DNA from: an uncultured Chloroflexia bacterium | GTDB taxonomy: Bacteria > Chloroflexota > Limnocylindria > Limnocylindrales > CSP1-4 | Length of the DNA stretch: 64,000 bases | Direction of reading: 5' to 3' | NCBI GenBank assembly: GCA_963734535.1 | Contig: CAVTHS010000014.1 | Coordinates: 64,001-128,000, forward strand | In this document: in pieces, positions 9,295-19,688 of the stretch | Layout of the letters: the number at the start of each line of letters is the position of its first letter | Numbering within the stretch: the first letter of the stretch is position 1 | Notes under the pieces: model-generated | The model's database searches: none | The model's input: the letters and a program-made list of their open reading frames with translations, nothing else | Told to the model about the DNA's origin: nothing | Made by a program: the position numbers and the translations under genes

Positions 9295-11298
9295 GTGTTC
9301 GCATCCATCACCCCGAGCGTGCTCGCTGCCGTGGCGGCGGGTGGAGAGACGCCCAACAGCCTGATCAACCTCGTGCCGCTGATCCCGGCCATCCCGCTCG
9401 CCGGGTTCGTCTTCACGGCGTTCTTCGGCCGGCGGATCGGGCGGCCGGCGTTCGTGCTGCCGCTCCTCGGCGTCACGGCGACCTGGCTGCTCAGCATGGC
9501 GGTCGTCTACCAGGCGCTCACCGGCGGCTTCGGCGAGAACGGGGCGGGGATCACGCTCTACCACTGGATCCCGGCGGGGGCGTTCACCGTCGACGTTGGC
9601 TTCTTCGTCGACCAGCTGACGGCATGCCTGCTCATCGTCGTGACGACGATCGGGCTGATCGTCCACCTGTACTCGGTCGGCTACATGGCCCACGACCCGG
9701 GCCGCTGGCGCTTCTTCGCCTACCTGAACCTCTTCATGTTCAGCATGCTGCTGCTCATCCTCGCCGACAACTTCCTGGTGGTCTTCGCGGGGTGGGAGCT
9801 GGTGGGCCTCTCGAGCTACCTGCTGATCGGTTTCTGGTACCCGCGGCGCTCGGCCGCGCTGGCGGCCAAGAAGGCCTTCATCGTCAACCGCGTCGGCGAC
9901 GTCGGCTTCGCGCTCGGGATCATGCTCATCTGGGTCTCCACCGGCACCCTGAACATGCGCGAGGCGTTCGACCGGATCGCCGGGCTGGACCACGGGACGA
10001 TCCTCGCGATCGCGCTGCTGATCTTCTGCGGCGCCGTCGGCAAGAGCGCCCAGTTCCCGCTCCACGTCTGGCTGCCCGACGCGATGGAGGGCCCGACCCC
10101 GGTCTCGGCCCTGATCCACGCGGCAACCATGGTCAACGCCGGGGTCTACCTGGTGGCGCGGACGAACCCGATCTTCAGCCACGTTCCGGAGGCGATGGTG
10201 GTCGTCGCGGCGATCGGCATCTTCACCGCGATCCTGGCCGCCTCGATCGCGTTCACCCAGACGGACATCAAGCGCGTCCTGGCGTACTCGACGCTGAGCC
10301 AGCTCGGGTACATGTTCGCGGCGCTCGGCGTGGGTGCCTACGTGGCCGCGATCTTCCACCTGATGGCGCACGGCTTCTTCAAGGGCCTGCTCTTCCTGGG
10401 GTCCGGCTCCGTGATCCACTCGGTCCACGACGAGCAGGACATGAACCGGATGGGCGCCCTCTGGCGGAGGATCCCCATCACGCACGCGACGATGCTGGTC
10501 GGCACGATCGCGATCGCGGGCATCCCGCCGTTCGCCGGGTTCTTCTCCAAGGACGAGATCCTGGGCGAGGCGTTCAAGCTCAACTTCGGCTGGGTCTGGG
10601 CGATCGGCATCCTGGTGGCCGGCATGACCGCCTTCTACATGTGGCGCCTGATGGGCAAGACGTTCTACGGCAAGAGCCACGTCGACCCGGCCGTCGAGCC
10701 GAAGATCCACGAGTCGACCTGGACGATGACGCTGCCGCTGATCCTGCTGGCGATCCCGTCCATGCTGCTGGGCCTCGCGCTGGGCCTGCCGTTCGGCGAC
10801 TCGATGATCACGCGCTGGCTGCACCCGGTCTTCGCCGGCGCGGAGGAGACGCTGGGCCGCACCGCGGAGCCGTTCGCGCTGTTCGGGATCGACGGGGCGC
10901 TCATCCTCGCCAGCGTGGCGGTTGCCACGATCGGGCTGGTGGTCGGGATCTGGCTCTTCGGGTTCTTCCGCCGCAGCGGACGACGCCAGACGGTGGAGGC
11001 GATCACGGCCTCGTCGGCGGCATCCCGCTTCCTGTACCGGGCGTCGCTCAACAAGTGGTGGTTCGACGACCTCAACCACCTCCTGTTCATGGTCATCGGC
11101 GGGCGCGTGGCGTACGCGCTCTGGTGGTTCGACCGGACCGTCGTCGACGGCACGGTCAACGCGGTCGGCCGGATCACCGTGGACGCCGGGGGCGGCCTGC
11201 GCCGGATCCAGACCGGCCACGTCCAGAACTACGCGCTCGGCATCGCCATCGGCCTGATCATCATGGCCGGCTCCTACCTCGTCATCGCGGCGAGGTAG
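9295..11298 (+). CDS. nuoL: NADH-quinone oxidoreductase subunit L
   Basis: GWELVGLSSYLLIGFW, KAFIVNRVGD, KSAQFPLHVWLPDAMEGPTPVSALIHAATMV. Confidence 0.97.
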   Translation: MFASITPSVLAAVAAGGETPNSLINLVPLIPAIPLAGFVFTAFFGRRIGRPAFVLPLLGVTATWLLSMAVVYQALTGGFGENGAGITLYHWIPAGAFTVDVGFFVDQLTACLLIVVTTIGLIVHLYSVGYMAHDPGRWRFFAYLNLFMFSMLLLILADNFLVVFAGWELVGLSSYLLIGFWYPRRSAALAAKKAFIVNRVGDVGFALGIMLIWVSTGTLNMREAFDRIAGLDHGTILAIALLIFCGAVGKSAQFPLHVWLPDAMEGPTPVSALIHAATMVNAGVYLVARTNPIFSHVPEAMVVVAAIGIFTAILAASIAFTQTDIKRVLAYSTLSQLGYMFAALGVGAYVAAIFHLMAHGFFKGLLFLGSGSVIHSVHDEQDMNRMGALWRRIPITHATMLVGTIAIAGIPPFAGFFSKDEILGEAFKLNFGWVWAIGILVAGMTAFYMWRLMGKTFYGKSHVDPAVEPKIHESTWTMTLPLILLAIPSMLLGLALGLPFGDSMITRWLHPVFAGAEETLGRTAEPFALFGIDGALILASVAVATIGLVVGIWLFGFFRRSGRRQTVEAITASSAASRFLYRASLNKWWFDDLNHLLFMVIGGRVAYALWWFDRTVVDGTVNAVGRITVDAGGGLRRIQTGHVQNYALGIAIGLIIMAGSYLVIAAR

Positions 11299-11304
11299 AC
11301 CACG

Positions 11305-12855
11305 GTGGACATCTCCTCCTTCCCCATCCTGAGCCTGATCATCTTCCTGCCGCTCGTCGGCGCCCTCGTGATCGCGCTCATCCCGCGGCGCAACCTCGGC
11401 GCGATCCGCGGGACCGCCCTGCTCTTTGCCCTGGCGACCTGGGTGGCGAGCCTCTGGCTGGTCCTGGGGTTCCTGCCCGGACGGAACGTCGTCGCATCCG
11501 CGGCGGGGTCGTTCCAGTTCGTGCAGACGATCGACTGGATCCCGCTCTTCGGGATCCAGTACAAGGTGGGCGCCGACGGCCTGTCGGTTGCGCTCGTGGT
11601 GCTGACCACGACCCTGTCCTGGATCTCCATCCTGGCCAGCTTCTCGCCGATCAGGGAGCGGGTGAAGGAGTACATGATCTCCTTCCTGATCCTCGAGGTC
11701 GGAATGCTGGGCGTCTTCCTTGCCCTGGACCTCTTCCTCTTCTACATCTTCTGGGAAGTCGTGCTGGTCCCGATGTACCTGATCATCGGGATCTGGGGCG
11801 GCGCGAACCGGATCTACGCCACCATCAAGTTCGTCCTGTATACGCTCGTCGGGTCGCTCCTGATGCTCGTGGCGATCCTCGCGACCGCGTTCACGTTCCA
11901 GGCCGCTACCGGCTCGTGGGTGGGTGCGTTCGACCTGGAGAAGCTGGCCGGAGCGGGCTTCGACGGCACGTTCCAGCTCTTCGCGTTCGCCGCGTTCGCG
12001 CTGGCCTTCGCGATCAAGGTGCCGATGTTCCCCTTCCACACCTGGCTCCCCGACGCGCACGTGGAGGCGCCGACCGCGGGCTCGGTGATCCTGGCGGGCG
12101 TCCTGCTCAAGCTGGGCGCCTATGGCTTCATCCGGTTCGCCATCCCGCTCTTCCCACACGGCGCGCACGTCTTCGCTCCGCTGCTGATCGTGCTGTCCGT
12201 GATCGCGATCATCTACGGGGCGATCGTCGCCCTCGTCCAACCGGACCTCAAGAAGCTGATCGCCTACAGCTCGGTCAGCCACATGGGCTTCGTGACGCTG
12301 GGGATCTTCATCTTCCAGCAGCAGGGGCTCCAGGGCGCGATCCTCCAGATGGTCAACCACGGCCTGATCACGGGTGCGCTCTTCCTCCTGGTGGGCGTGA
12401 TCTATGAACGGACGCACGACCGGACGCTGGCGAAGATGGGCGGCCTCGGCGCGGTCACGCCTGTCTACTCCGCCGCCTTCGGGTTCTTCGTCTTCGCGTC
12501 GGTCGGGCTGCCGGGACTCGCCGGCTTCGTCGGAGAGTTCCTGGTCTTCCAGGGCGCCTTCGCCTTCAACCCATGGGTGGGGGTCACGATCACGTTCGTG
12601 ATGATCCTCGCGGCCGGGTACCTGCTCTGGATGATCCAGCGCATGTGCTTCGGGCCGGTCTCGGAGTTCCTCGCGGGGCTGGGGCACCACCTGACCGACA
12701 TGCGGCCCGTGGAGATCCTGACCCTCGCGCCGCTCGGCGCCCTGACCGTGGTCCTGGGCCTGTACCCGGCCCTCGTCCTCGACCTCATCGCGGGCCCGGT
12801 CAAGGCGATCCTGGCCGCCGTCGACCCGGCCGTCGCGCTGTCCATCGGCCGCTGA
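11305..12855 (+). CDS. nuoM: NADH-quinone oxidoreductase subunit M
   Basis: FYIFWEVVLVPMY, IKVPMFPFHTWLPDAHVEAPTAGSV, KKLIAYSSVSHMG. Confidence 0.97.
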   Translation: MDISSFPILSLIIFLPLVGALVIALIPRRNLGAIRGTALLFALATWVASLWLVLGFLPGRNVVASAAGSFQFVQTIDWIPLFGIQYKVGADGLSVALVVLTTTLSWISILASFSPIRERVKEYMISFLILEVGMLGVFLALDLFLFYIFWEVVLVPMYLIIGIWGGANRIYATIKFVLYTLVGSLLMLVAILATAFTFQAATGSWVGAFDLEKLAGAGFDGTFQLFAFAAFALAFAIKVPMFPFHTWLPDAHVEAPTAGSVILAGVLLKLGAYGFIRFAIPLFPHGAHVFAPLLIVLSVIAIIYGAIVALVQPDLKKLIAYSSVSHMGFVTLGIFIFQQQGLQGAILQMVNHGLITGALFLLVGVIYERTHDRTLAKMGGLGAVTPVYSAAFGFFVFASVGLPGLAGFVGEFLVFQGAFAFNPWVGVTITFVMILAAGYLLWMIQRMCFGPVSEFLAGLGHHLTDMRPVEILTLAPLGALTVVLGLYPALVLDLIAGPVKAILAAVDPAVALSIGR

Positions 12856-12872
12856 CGGGAGCTGCCCTTCCC

Positions 12873-14348
12873 ATGACCTGGTCGGACCTCACCGTCATCG
12901 CCCCCTTCGCGGCGGCCGTGGTCGTGGCGGCGCTCGTGATCCTCGCCGACATCGCAAGGCCCGGGAACCGGCACCTCGCGCTGGGCGTCGCCCTCGCCGG
13001 CCTCGTCGCGGTCGGTGGCCTGACCCTTTGGGCGGGCCAGGCGCCAGGCACGGCGTTCGGCGGGATGTACAAGGTTGACAACCTGACGACGTTCCTCGAC
13101 GTGGTGTTCGTGGCGATCGTGGCGATCTCGTGCCTGTTCGCGCCCGACTACCTGGAACCGCGCGGGCTGCCGATCGCGGAGTTCTCCGCGATCATCGTCT
13201 TCGCGCTCGCCGGCGCGATGCTGGTTGCCGCGTCGGCGGACCTCCTGGTCCTCTTCCTGGGCCTGGAGCTGATGGTCATCCCGGGCTACCTGCTCGCGGG
13301 CTATCACAAGCGTGACGCCCTCTCGACCGAGGGCGCCGTCAAGTACTTCCTGCTGGGCTCGTTCTCCAGCGCCATCTTTCTGTTCGGCCTCGCCTATGTC
13401 TGGGGCCTGACCGGGTCAACCCGGATCGCGGACGTGGCCGCCCGCGTCGGCGAGGTCGTCGCCGGCCAGGCGGCGCTCTCGCCGGGCCTCGCGATGGGTC
13501 TTGCCTTCCTGACCACCGGCGTCGCGTTCAAGATGGCCGCCGTCCCGTTCCACTACTGGACGCCCGACGCATACCAGGGCTCGCCGACGCCCGTCACGGG
13601 CTACCTGTCGGTGGGACCGAAGGTTGGGGCGTTCGCCGTGGTCCTGCGCGTCTTCGCGGAGGCGCTCCTCCCGCTGCGCCAGGAATGGCTGATCGTGATC
13701 TTCGTCCTGGCGGCGCTCACGATGACGCTCGGCAACCTGGTCGCCCTGACCCAGGACAACGTCAAGCGAATGCTCGCCTACTCGTCGATCGCCCACACCG
13801 GCTACATGCTGGTAGGTCTCGCTGCGTACGCGGCGGGCGTGATCCAGGGCCTCGAGGGGCTCCTGTTCTACGGCGCGGCGTACGCGTTCATGAACCTCGG
13901 AGCGTTCGCGGTCATCGCCGCGCTGCAGAAGCGCCCGGGCGTCAGCAGCCGGCTGGAGACCTTCGCAGGCCTCGGGCGGCGCGAGCCGGCCCTCGGGATC
14001 CTGATGGTGCTGTTCCTGCTGTCGCTGACCGGGATCCCGCCGACCGCCGGCTTCTTCGCAAAGGCCTACGTGATCCTGGCGGCCGTGCAGGCCGGCGGAT
14101 GGCTCACCGTCCTCGCCGTGATCGCCGTTCTCAACGCGGCGGCGGCCGCGTTCTACTACCTGCGCGTGATCGTGTACATGTACATGCGCGACCCGGCGGG
14201 CGAGCCGACGCCGGTCGGCCACGGCGCGCTGCTGCGCCTGGGCCTGGCCATCACGGCGGTCATGACCGTGATCCTGGGCCTGTTCCCCGGGCTCTTCCTC
14301 GCGAGCGTCTCGTCCGCCGCGCAGGCGATCGGAGTCGCCATCCGCTGA
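12873..14348 (+). CDS. nuoN: NADH-quinone oxidoreductase subunit N
   Basis: ATG 12873. EGAVKYFLLG, FKMAAVPFHYWTPDAYQGSP, KRMLAYSSIAHTGY, GIPPTAGFFAK. Confidence 0.96.
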   Translation: MTWSDLTVIAPFAAAVVVAALVILADIARPGNRHLALGVALAGLVAVGGLTLWAGQAPGTAFGGMYKVDNLTTFLDVVFVAIVAISCLFAPDYLEPRGLPIAEFSAIIVFALAGAMLVAASADLLVLFLGLELMVIPGYLLAGYHKRDALSTEGAVKYFLLGSFSSAIFLFGLAYVWGLTGSTRIADVAARVGEVVAGQAALSPGLAMGLAFLTTGVAFKMAAVPFHYWTPDAYQGSPTPVTGYLSVGPKVGAFAVVLRVFAEALLPLRQEWLIVIFVLAALTMTLGNLVALTQDNVKRMLAYSSIAHTGYMLVGLAAYAAGVIQGLEGLLFYGAAYAFMNLGAFAVIAALQKRPGVSSRLETFAGLGRREPALGILMVLFLLSLTGIPPTAGFFAKAYVILAAVQAGGWLTVLAVIAVLNAAAAAFYYLRVIVYMYMRDPAGEPTPVGHGALLRLGLAITAVMTVILGLFPGLFLASVSSAAQAIGVAIR

Positions 14349-14390
14349 CGGGGCACGAGCGGAGCGCCGCGTTCGCGCGCGGCACCGTCG

Positions 14391-15426
14391 TCAGAGGCCC
14401 GCGTGATCCTCGGCCTCGAGCGCCCGTGCCAGCGCGCGCAGCACGATCGCCGACGCGGCCGGCTCGGGCAGGATGACGTCCGCCGCGGCAACCAGCTCCG
14501 CGGGCGTCTCGCGTGCGCCGCGAACCCCCACCAGGAGGCTCGCGGCCAGGCGACCGGCGCGTGCGCTCCCCGGCCACGTGTCTGAAGGCCTCGGCATCGC
14601 TGCGGTCGTCGCCGATGACGAGCGCGGCCGTCGACCCGTGGCGCTCCAGGAGCCGCGCTACTGCCTCGCCCTTCGCCCCGGCGTCCTCCGGACGCAGCTC
14701 CACGATGCGGCGCCCCTCGAAATGCCGGAAGCGAGGGCCACGGAGCGCCGGAGGAAGCGCAGCTCCGGCCGTGGCGATGGCGGCCAGGATCCGGGTCCTG
14801 GCGGCGACGAGATCATCGGCGGCCCGGAAGTGGAACGCGACGGACGGGCCCTTCGGCTCCACGAAGAGCCACGCAGCGTCGCCGAGGATGCGCTCCACGT
14901 CGTCGCCCAGGCGTCGGGCGACCGCGTGATGGCCAGCGAGGCGCGGGTCGTGGACCACCGGCAGCCGCTCCGCGGCGATGCCGACCGGGAGGACGCCGCC
15001 CTGGCTCCCGTGATCGCCGAGGTATGTCAGCCCGCCCACGCGCACGCGGCCGGCAAGGTCCAGGGCGGCGCGCCCCGAGAGGATCGCGAGCGCCAGCCGC
15101 TCCGGTCTCCGGCGGGCGATCCGGGCGAGCCGCCGGAGCGCGCGCCGGGCAGCGGGCAGGATCGCCGGGGCGGTCGGATCCGGCGAGATCGGAGCCAGCG
15201 TCCCGTCGAAGTCGCACACGACGAGCAGCCCGCCGGGCGCGCCGACCAGGGCGCCGATGGCGGCAACCGCCCGCCCGACGGCGCCGGCATCGGGATCGCC
15301 TGGACGGGGATCAGGATCGCCCGCACCGGCAGCGCCGGCATCGGCTGCCGCCCGTCCGGTAGCGTCGTGGTCCGGACCGTCCGCGTCACGGCCGATGCCG
15401 CGTCCGCGGGCGATCCCCGAGCTCAC
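14391..15426 (-). CDS. otsB: Trehalose-6-phosphate phosphatase (HAD family; probable frameshift near 14560)
   Basis: DFDGTLAPI, LSGR, EPKGPSVAFHFR, GRRIVELRP, KGEAV, IGDDRSDAEAF. The C-terminus (ETPAELVAAADVIL) is in the 14391..14597 frame. Confidence 0.85.
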
Positions 15427-16124
15427 GGGGTCACCGTCACCCCGGGCAGGATCGCCTGGAGCCCGCGCGCCATCAGGTCGGCGCCGATCCCGCCGAGTGC
15501 GGCGTCGCGCACGATCCCCTGGGCGTCGATGAAGTAGTGGACCGGGAGCGCCGCCGCATCCCATGTCCGGGCGCGGGAGCCGTCCGCGTCCAGGCCGACC
15601 GGGAAGACGACGTTGAGCGACGAGACGAACGGGGCCACCGTCTCCTCGCCCTCGCGCACGTGGATCGCGACCACCACGAGGCCCGCGTCGGCGTAGCGCG
15701 CGGCGAGCCCGTTCATGATCGGGTATTCGTCGCGGCAGGGCGGGCAGTAGGTGCCCGTGAAGACCAACCACACCGGCTTCCCACGGAGCGCGGCGAGGTC
15801 GATCGTGCCGCCACCCACCTGGGGGGCGCTGAGGGGCGGGGCGGGGCGGTCGACCAGCGGGAACGGTGAGGTCGTATGGCTCGCCACGGGCGTGGCCCCA
15901 GCCCCGCCTGCGGGGGCCGTCGGGCTTCCCGACGCGTCGGTCGGGGAACTGCTCGGGCCCGATCCAGGTGGCGCGTCCGGCGATGCCGACGGCGGCGCGG
16001 CGGAGGGGGACGGGGAGACGCGGGCGACGGGCACCGGCGTCAGCGCGACGAGCGCCGCGCCGAGACCGACGGCGGCACCGACCCCGATGAGGAGCCCGAT
16101 GACGACGGCGATGAAGGTGCGCAT
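15423..16124 (-). CDS. TlpA/ResA-family thiol-disulfide oxidoreductase, membrane-anchored
   Basis: N-terminal TM helix, Pro/Ser linker, LRGKPVWLVFTGTYCPPCRDEYP, LPVHYFIDAQG. Confidence 0.88.
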   Translation of the reverse strand: MRTFIAVVIGLLIGVGAAVGLGAALVALTPVPVARVSPSPSAAPPSASPDAPPGSGPSSSPTDASGSPTAPAGGAGATPVASHTTSPFPLVDRPAPPLSAPQVGGGTIDLAALRGKPVWLVFTGTYCPPCRDEYPIMNGLAARYADAGLVVVAIHVREGEETVAPFVSSLNVVFPVGLDADGSRARTWDAAALPVHYFIDAQGIVRDAALGGIGADLMARGLQAILPGVTVTP

Positions 16125-16194
16125 CGCCTAGGAGGGTACCCTGTCGACCCGGTCGCCGCCCGCCTGGGACGGAACGGCAAGGCCCGCTGGTACG

Positions 16195-16911
16195 ATGACC
16201 GTTCGAATGCATCCGATCCTGCACTGGGCGCGCGGCCGCCTGCTCCCGGCCGCTCTCACCGCGGCCGGTGTCACCCTCGTCGGGGCGGGCCTGCTGACGT
16301 ACGGGACGCAGCCGCAGCCGGCCGCGCCGAGCCCGTCACCGCCGGCCTCGTCCGCCCCCCGCGCCTCCCCGACACTCCTCCCGTTCCCATCGCCGGAGCC
16401 GTCAGCCGCGATCTCGGCGAGCCCGGCGGTGGCACGGGTCGCCACGCGCGTGGTGGTGCCCGCCCTGCGGATCGACCTGCCGGTGGTGCGCCCGCCGAAC
16501 GATCCGAACCACTTCCCCTACTGCAACGTCGCCGAGTACGTTCCGACGCTGAGCCAGCCGGGCCAGGCGGGGACCACGTACCTGTATGCCCACGCCCGCG
16601 ACGGCATGTTCCTGCCGCTGCTCCTCCAGTCGCGGGTCGACAACGGGAACGCGATGCTCGGCATGCTCGTGCAGGTGTACACCAGCGACGACCGGGTCTT
16701 CCTGTACGAGATCACCCGCGTGCTTCGGCACCAGTCGGAGCTCTACACGCGGCCCGCCGAGCAGGTCGTCCTCCAGACGTCGGAGGGTCCCCGGAAGGGC
16801 GTCGCCGGCTACACCGGCCTGGTGATGATGGTCGTCGCCGACCCCGTCAGCTCCGGCCCGGCCGACCACGCCAGCGCCAACCCGACGGCGCGGCCCATCA
16901 CCTGCCAGTAG
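16195..16911 (+). CDS. Sortase-like protein, non-canonical active site
   Basis: TM anchor + Pro-rich linker; RVVVPALRIDLPV, PGQAGTTYLYAHAR, YEIT; LQTS in place of LxTC. Confidence 0.7.
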   Translation: MTVRMHPILHWARGRLLPAALTAAGVTLVGAGLLTYGTQPQPAAPSPSPPASSAPRASPTLLPFPSPEPSAAISASPAVARVATRVVVPALRIDLPVVRPPNDPNHFPYCNVAEYVPTLSQPGQAGTTYLYAHARDGMFLPLLLQSRVDNGNAMLGMLVQVYTSDDRVFLYEITRVLRHQSELYTRPAEQVVLQTSEGPRKGVAGYTGLVMMVVADPVSSGPADHASANPTARPITCQ

Positions 16912-16941
16912 CGGGACGCGCCGCGTGGCGCGCCGGGACTC

Positions 16942-18033
16942 TCAGATCCAGTCGATCCGGCGCAGGATGGCGAAGATCGTGAGCGAGAGGACGATGATCG
17001 CCCCCGTCACGAACCAGAAGCCGACCGCCTCGGTGCGCGCGAATGCCGCCCCCGCCTCGCTCATCCCGAAGATCCCGGCAAACGCCCCGAGCCCCGCGAA
17101 GACCACCGTGATCCCGGTCAGCCGCTTCATGATCAGCGACAGGTTGTTGTTGACCGTCGAGAGGTAGACGTCGAGGGCGCCCGAGACCAGCTCCCGGTAG
17201 GAGTCGTACTCCTCGGCCAGGTGGACCGCGTGGTCGTAGACGTCCCGGAAGTAGATGACGTTATCGGGTCCGATGAGCGGCAGGGTCCGGTTCGTGAGCT
17301 GGTTGAAGAGCTCGCGCTGGGGAGCCATGACGTGGCGGATCTCGACGAGCGAGCGCTTCAGCCCGAAGAGCCGTTCCAGGGTCTCGCGCCCGGGCTCGCC
17401 GACGATCCGATCCTCGAGGTCGTCGATCTCGTCCTCCAGCCGGTCGAAGACCGGAAAGTACCCGTCGACAAGGACGTCCAGGAGGGCCCACAGCAGGAAG
17501 TCCGGACCCCGCTCCAGGAGCGGCCCGGCGCCCTCGCGAAGGTGCGGCGCGATCCACGGGTTCCAGGCCTCCGTGTGGACGGTCAGCAGGAAGGTGCGCC
17601 CCAGGACGAAGTCGATCTCATCGGTGCGGACGTCGGTGTCGTAGGCGATGGCGAAGGCGACCAGGTGGACGTGGTCACCGGTCAGCTCCAGCTTCGGCCG
17701 CTGGTTGCGCTCCTCGATGTCCTCGGCGACCAGGGGATGGAGCCCCAGCTCGGCGGCGACCGCGGCCGTGAGCTCCGGCGAGGGGTCGGTCAGGTCCACC
17801 CAGTGGCGTGAGGGCGATTCGCCCACGGCGTGCTCGAGCGCCTCGCTGCCCGTGAGCGTGCGCGAACCGTCTGCACCCCAATGCTCGACGCGGAGCGCGG
17901 TGGCCGCCTCCGTGACCAGGCCGTCAGACCAAGCCGGTGGGCCGCCGCGGCCGCTCGTCGGGGGCGTCCCCGCCGGGCCGCCCGGGGGCGTCCCCGACGG
18001 GCCGCCCTGCCCGGTCGGCTGCATCGCCGCCAT
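16942..18033 (-). CDS. corA: CorA-family divalent cation transporter
   Basis: WVDLTDP, LHPLVAEDI...QRPKLE, YFRDVYDH, NNLSLIMKRLT, two C-terminal TM helices. Start uncertain (overlaps the MFS tail by ~110 nt). Confidence 0.88.
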   Translation of the reverse strand: MAAMQPTGQGGPSGTPPGGPAGTPPTSGRGGPPAWSDGLVTEAATALRVEHWGADGSRTLTGSEALEHAVGESPSRHWVDLTDPSPELTAAVAAELGLHPLVAEDIEERNQRPKLELTGDHVHLVAFAIAYDTDVRTDEIDFVLGRTFLLTVHTEAWNPWIAPHLREGAGPLLERGPDFLLWALLDVLVDGYFPVFDRLEDEIDDLEDRIVGEPGRETLERLFGLKRSLVEIRHVMAPQRELFNQLTNRTLPLIGPDNVIYFRDVYDHAVHLAEEYDSYRELVSGALDVYLSTVNNNLSLIMKRLTGITVVFAGLGAFAGIFGMSEAGAAFARTEAVGFWFVTGAIIVLSLTIFAILRRIDWI

Positions 18034-19657
18034 CCCCGTCTCCTCCCGCTCCGGCGAACGCGCGCGCGTCCGTCCCGGCCGAGAGCATACGCGGCCGTTC
18101 GCCCAGCGCGAGCGCCGCCGGGACGGCGATCGCTGTGACTCCCGCCGCGACGAGGAAGAGCACCACCATCGTCTCGGCCGCCTTGCGGGCCGCCCACGCC
18201 TCCAGCGCGTCCACCACGAGCGGGTCGTGCAGCTGCCGCGTCGCGAGCGTCGGGGGGACGATCGATCGGTAGGCGTCGGGCGACGCGTAGACCTGTGCCG
18301 AGAGCCGGCTGATGGCCGTCGAGCCATACGCGGTCAGCACGGCAAGCCCCACCGCCATCCCGATCATCCGGGCCACCGTCACGGTCGCGCTCGCTGCCCC
18401 GAAGCGGTGGCGCCCGACGGCCTCCACGGCAGCGGTCGAGCGCGGCGTCACGGTGAGGCCGAAACCGAGGCCGAAGAGCCCGCCGCCGGCAGCGACCGTG
18501 GCCAGGTGGACATCAGCCGTCCACGTCCCCATCCACGCGAGGCCGCCGATGGACGCGGCCAGGCCGACCAGCGAGACGACGCGAAGGGAGACGTGGCGGA
18601 TCAGCCAGCCCGAGGCGAGCGCTCCGACTGCGGTCGCGCCCGCGAGGGCACCCAGGGCGACGCGCTGCTGGTCCGGCCCGCCGTACAGGACACGGTCCAC
18701 GAAGACGGCGGCGCCCACGATCGCGGTCGCGAATCCGTAGCCGGTCAGGAGCGACACGAGCGCGGCAGAGCTGAAGACGCGGTCCCCGAACAGCCGCGGG
18801 TCGAGGAACGGGTCGGGCCGGCGGAGGCCGTGGATGACCGCCGCCGTCCCCGACACGACGCCGAGCGCGATCAGGCCGACCGAGAGGAACGTGGGATCGA
18901 GCCCGAACGTGCTACCCGTGCCCCCGGATTCACCGAGGAGCGTGATCCCGAGCAGGATCGCGGCGGCGGCGAACGTGAAGAGCACTGCACCCGCCACGTC
19001 GAGCCTCGCCCGCGCTCGGGGCGTGTCCCATCCGGCCGTGGCCGCCCAGGCGAGGGCGAGGGCGGCAATCCCGATCGGCACGTTGACGTAGAAGACCCAG
19101 CGCCAGGCCGGGGCGACGAGGCCGGTGATCGGCCCGCCCAGGATCCCAAGGCGCTCCAGCGCCACGTCCGGCCGGAACGCCCCGAGGATTGCCGCCCCGA
19201 GGAACGGCCCGGCCGCCATGCCGAGGAAGGTGAGCGCGCCGATGATGCCCAGCGCACGCGGGCGCGCATGCCCCTCGTAGAGATGCGAGGCCGCGGCCGT
19301 CGCGACGGGCACGAGCGCGCCTCCCCCGAGCGCCTGGACGACGCGACCGACGATCAGGCCGTCCATGGTCCCGGCGCTCCCGGCGAGAAGCGAGCCCAGG
19401 GTGAAGAACACGAGGGCTCCGAGGAAGAGGCGTCGCACGCCCCACAGGTCGGCGAGCCGACCGGCCAGGGGCATGGTCCCCACGTACACGAGCAGGTAGG
19501 CGTTGATGATCCAGCTCGCGTGGCGGAGTTCCGTCCAGGCGCCAAGGTCCGCGACGATCGCGGGGAGCGCGACCGCCGTGATCATCAGCTCCAGGCCGGA
19601 AAGGAAGACGCCGGTCCCCAGCACCGTGAGCAGGACGAGCGCGGCCCGGCGGTCCAT
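17924..19657 (-). CDS. MFS transporter, DHA2/EmrB-QacA-like
   Basis: AVALPAI, WIINAYLL, GRLADLWGVRR, GRVVQALGGG, WRWVFYVNVPIG. Confidence 0.9.
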   Translation of the reverse strand: MDRRAALVLLTVLGTGVFLSGLELMITAVALPAIVADLGAWTELRHASWIINAYLLVYVGTMPLAGRLADLWGVRRLFLGALVFFTLGSLLAGSAGTMDGLIVGRVVQALGGGALVPVATAAASHLYEGHARPRALGIIGALTFLGMAAGPFLGAAILGAFRPDVALERLGILGGPITGLVAPAWRWVFYVNVPIGIAALALAWAATAGWDTPRARARLDVAGAVLFTFAAAAILLGITLLGESGGTGSTFGLDPTFLSVGLIALGVVSGTAAVIHGLRRPDPFLDPRLFGDRVFSSAALVSLLTGYGFATAIVGAAVFVDRVLYGGPDQQRVALGALAGATAVGALASGWLIRHVSLRVVSLVGLAASIGGLAWMGTWTADVHLATVAAGGGLFGLGFGLTVTPRSTAAVEAVGRHRFGAASATVTVARMIGMAVGLAVLTAYGSTAISRLSAQVYASPDAYRSIVPPTLATRQLHDPLVVDALEAWAARKAAETMVVLFLVAAGVTAIAVPAALALGERPRMLSAGTDARAFAGAGGDGDGGDAADRAGRPVGDAPGRPGGDAPDERPRRPTGLV

Positions 19658-19688
19658 GCTTGGAGTGTAGGGGAGGGAGCCAGCACCG

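Noticed and set aside
9148-12690. Very long antisense ORFs (also 5426..8395, 22041..24491, 32033..34159 and others)
   Set aside because: Expected shadows of high-GC3 genes; no recognisable motifs.
17950-18005. Short direct repeat GGGGGCGTCCCCG x2
   Set aside because: Only two copies inside Pro/Gly-rich coding sequence; not a CRISPR array or mobile-element end.
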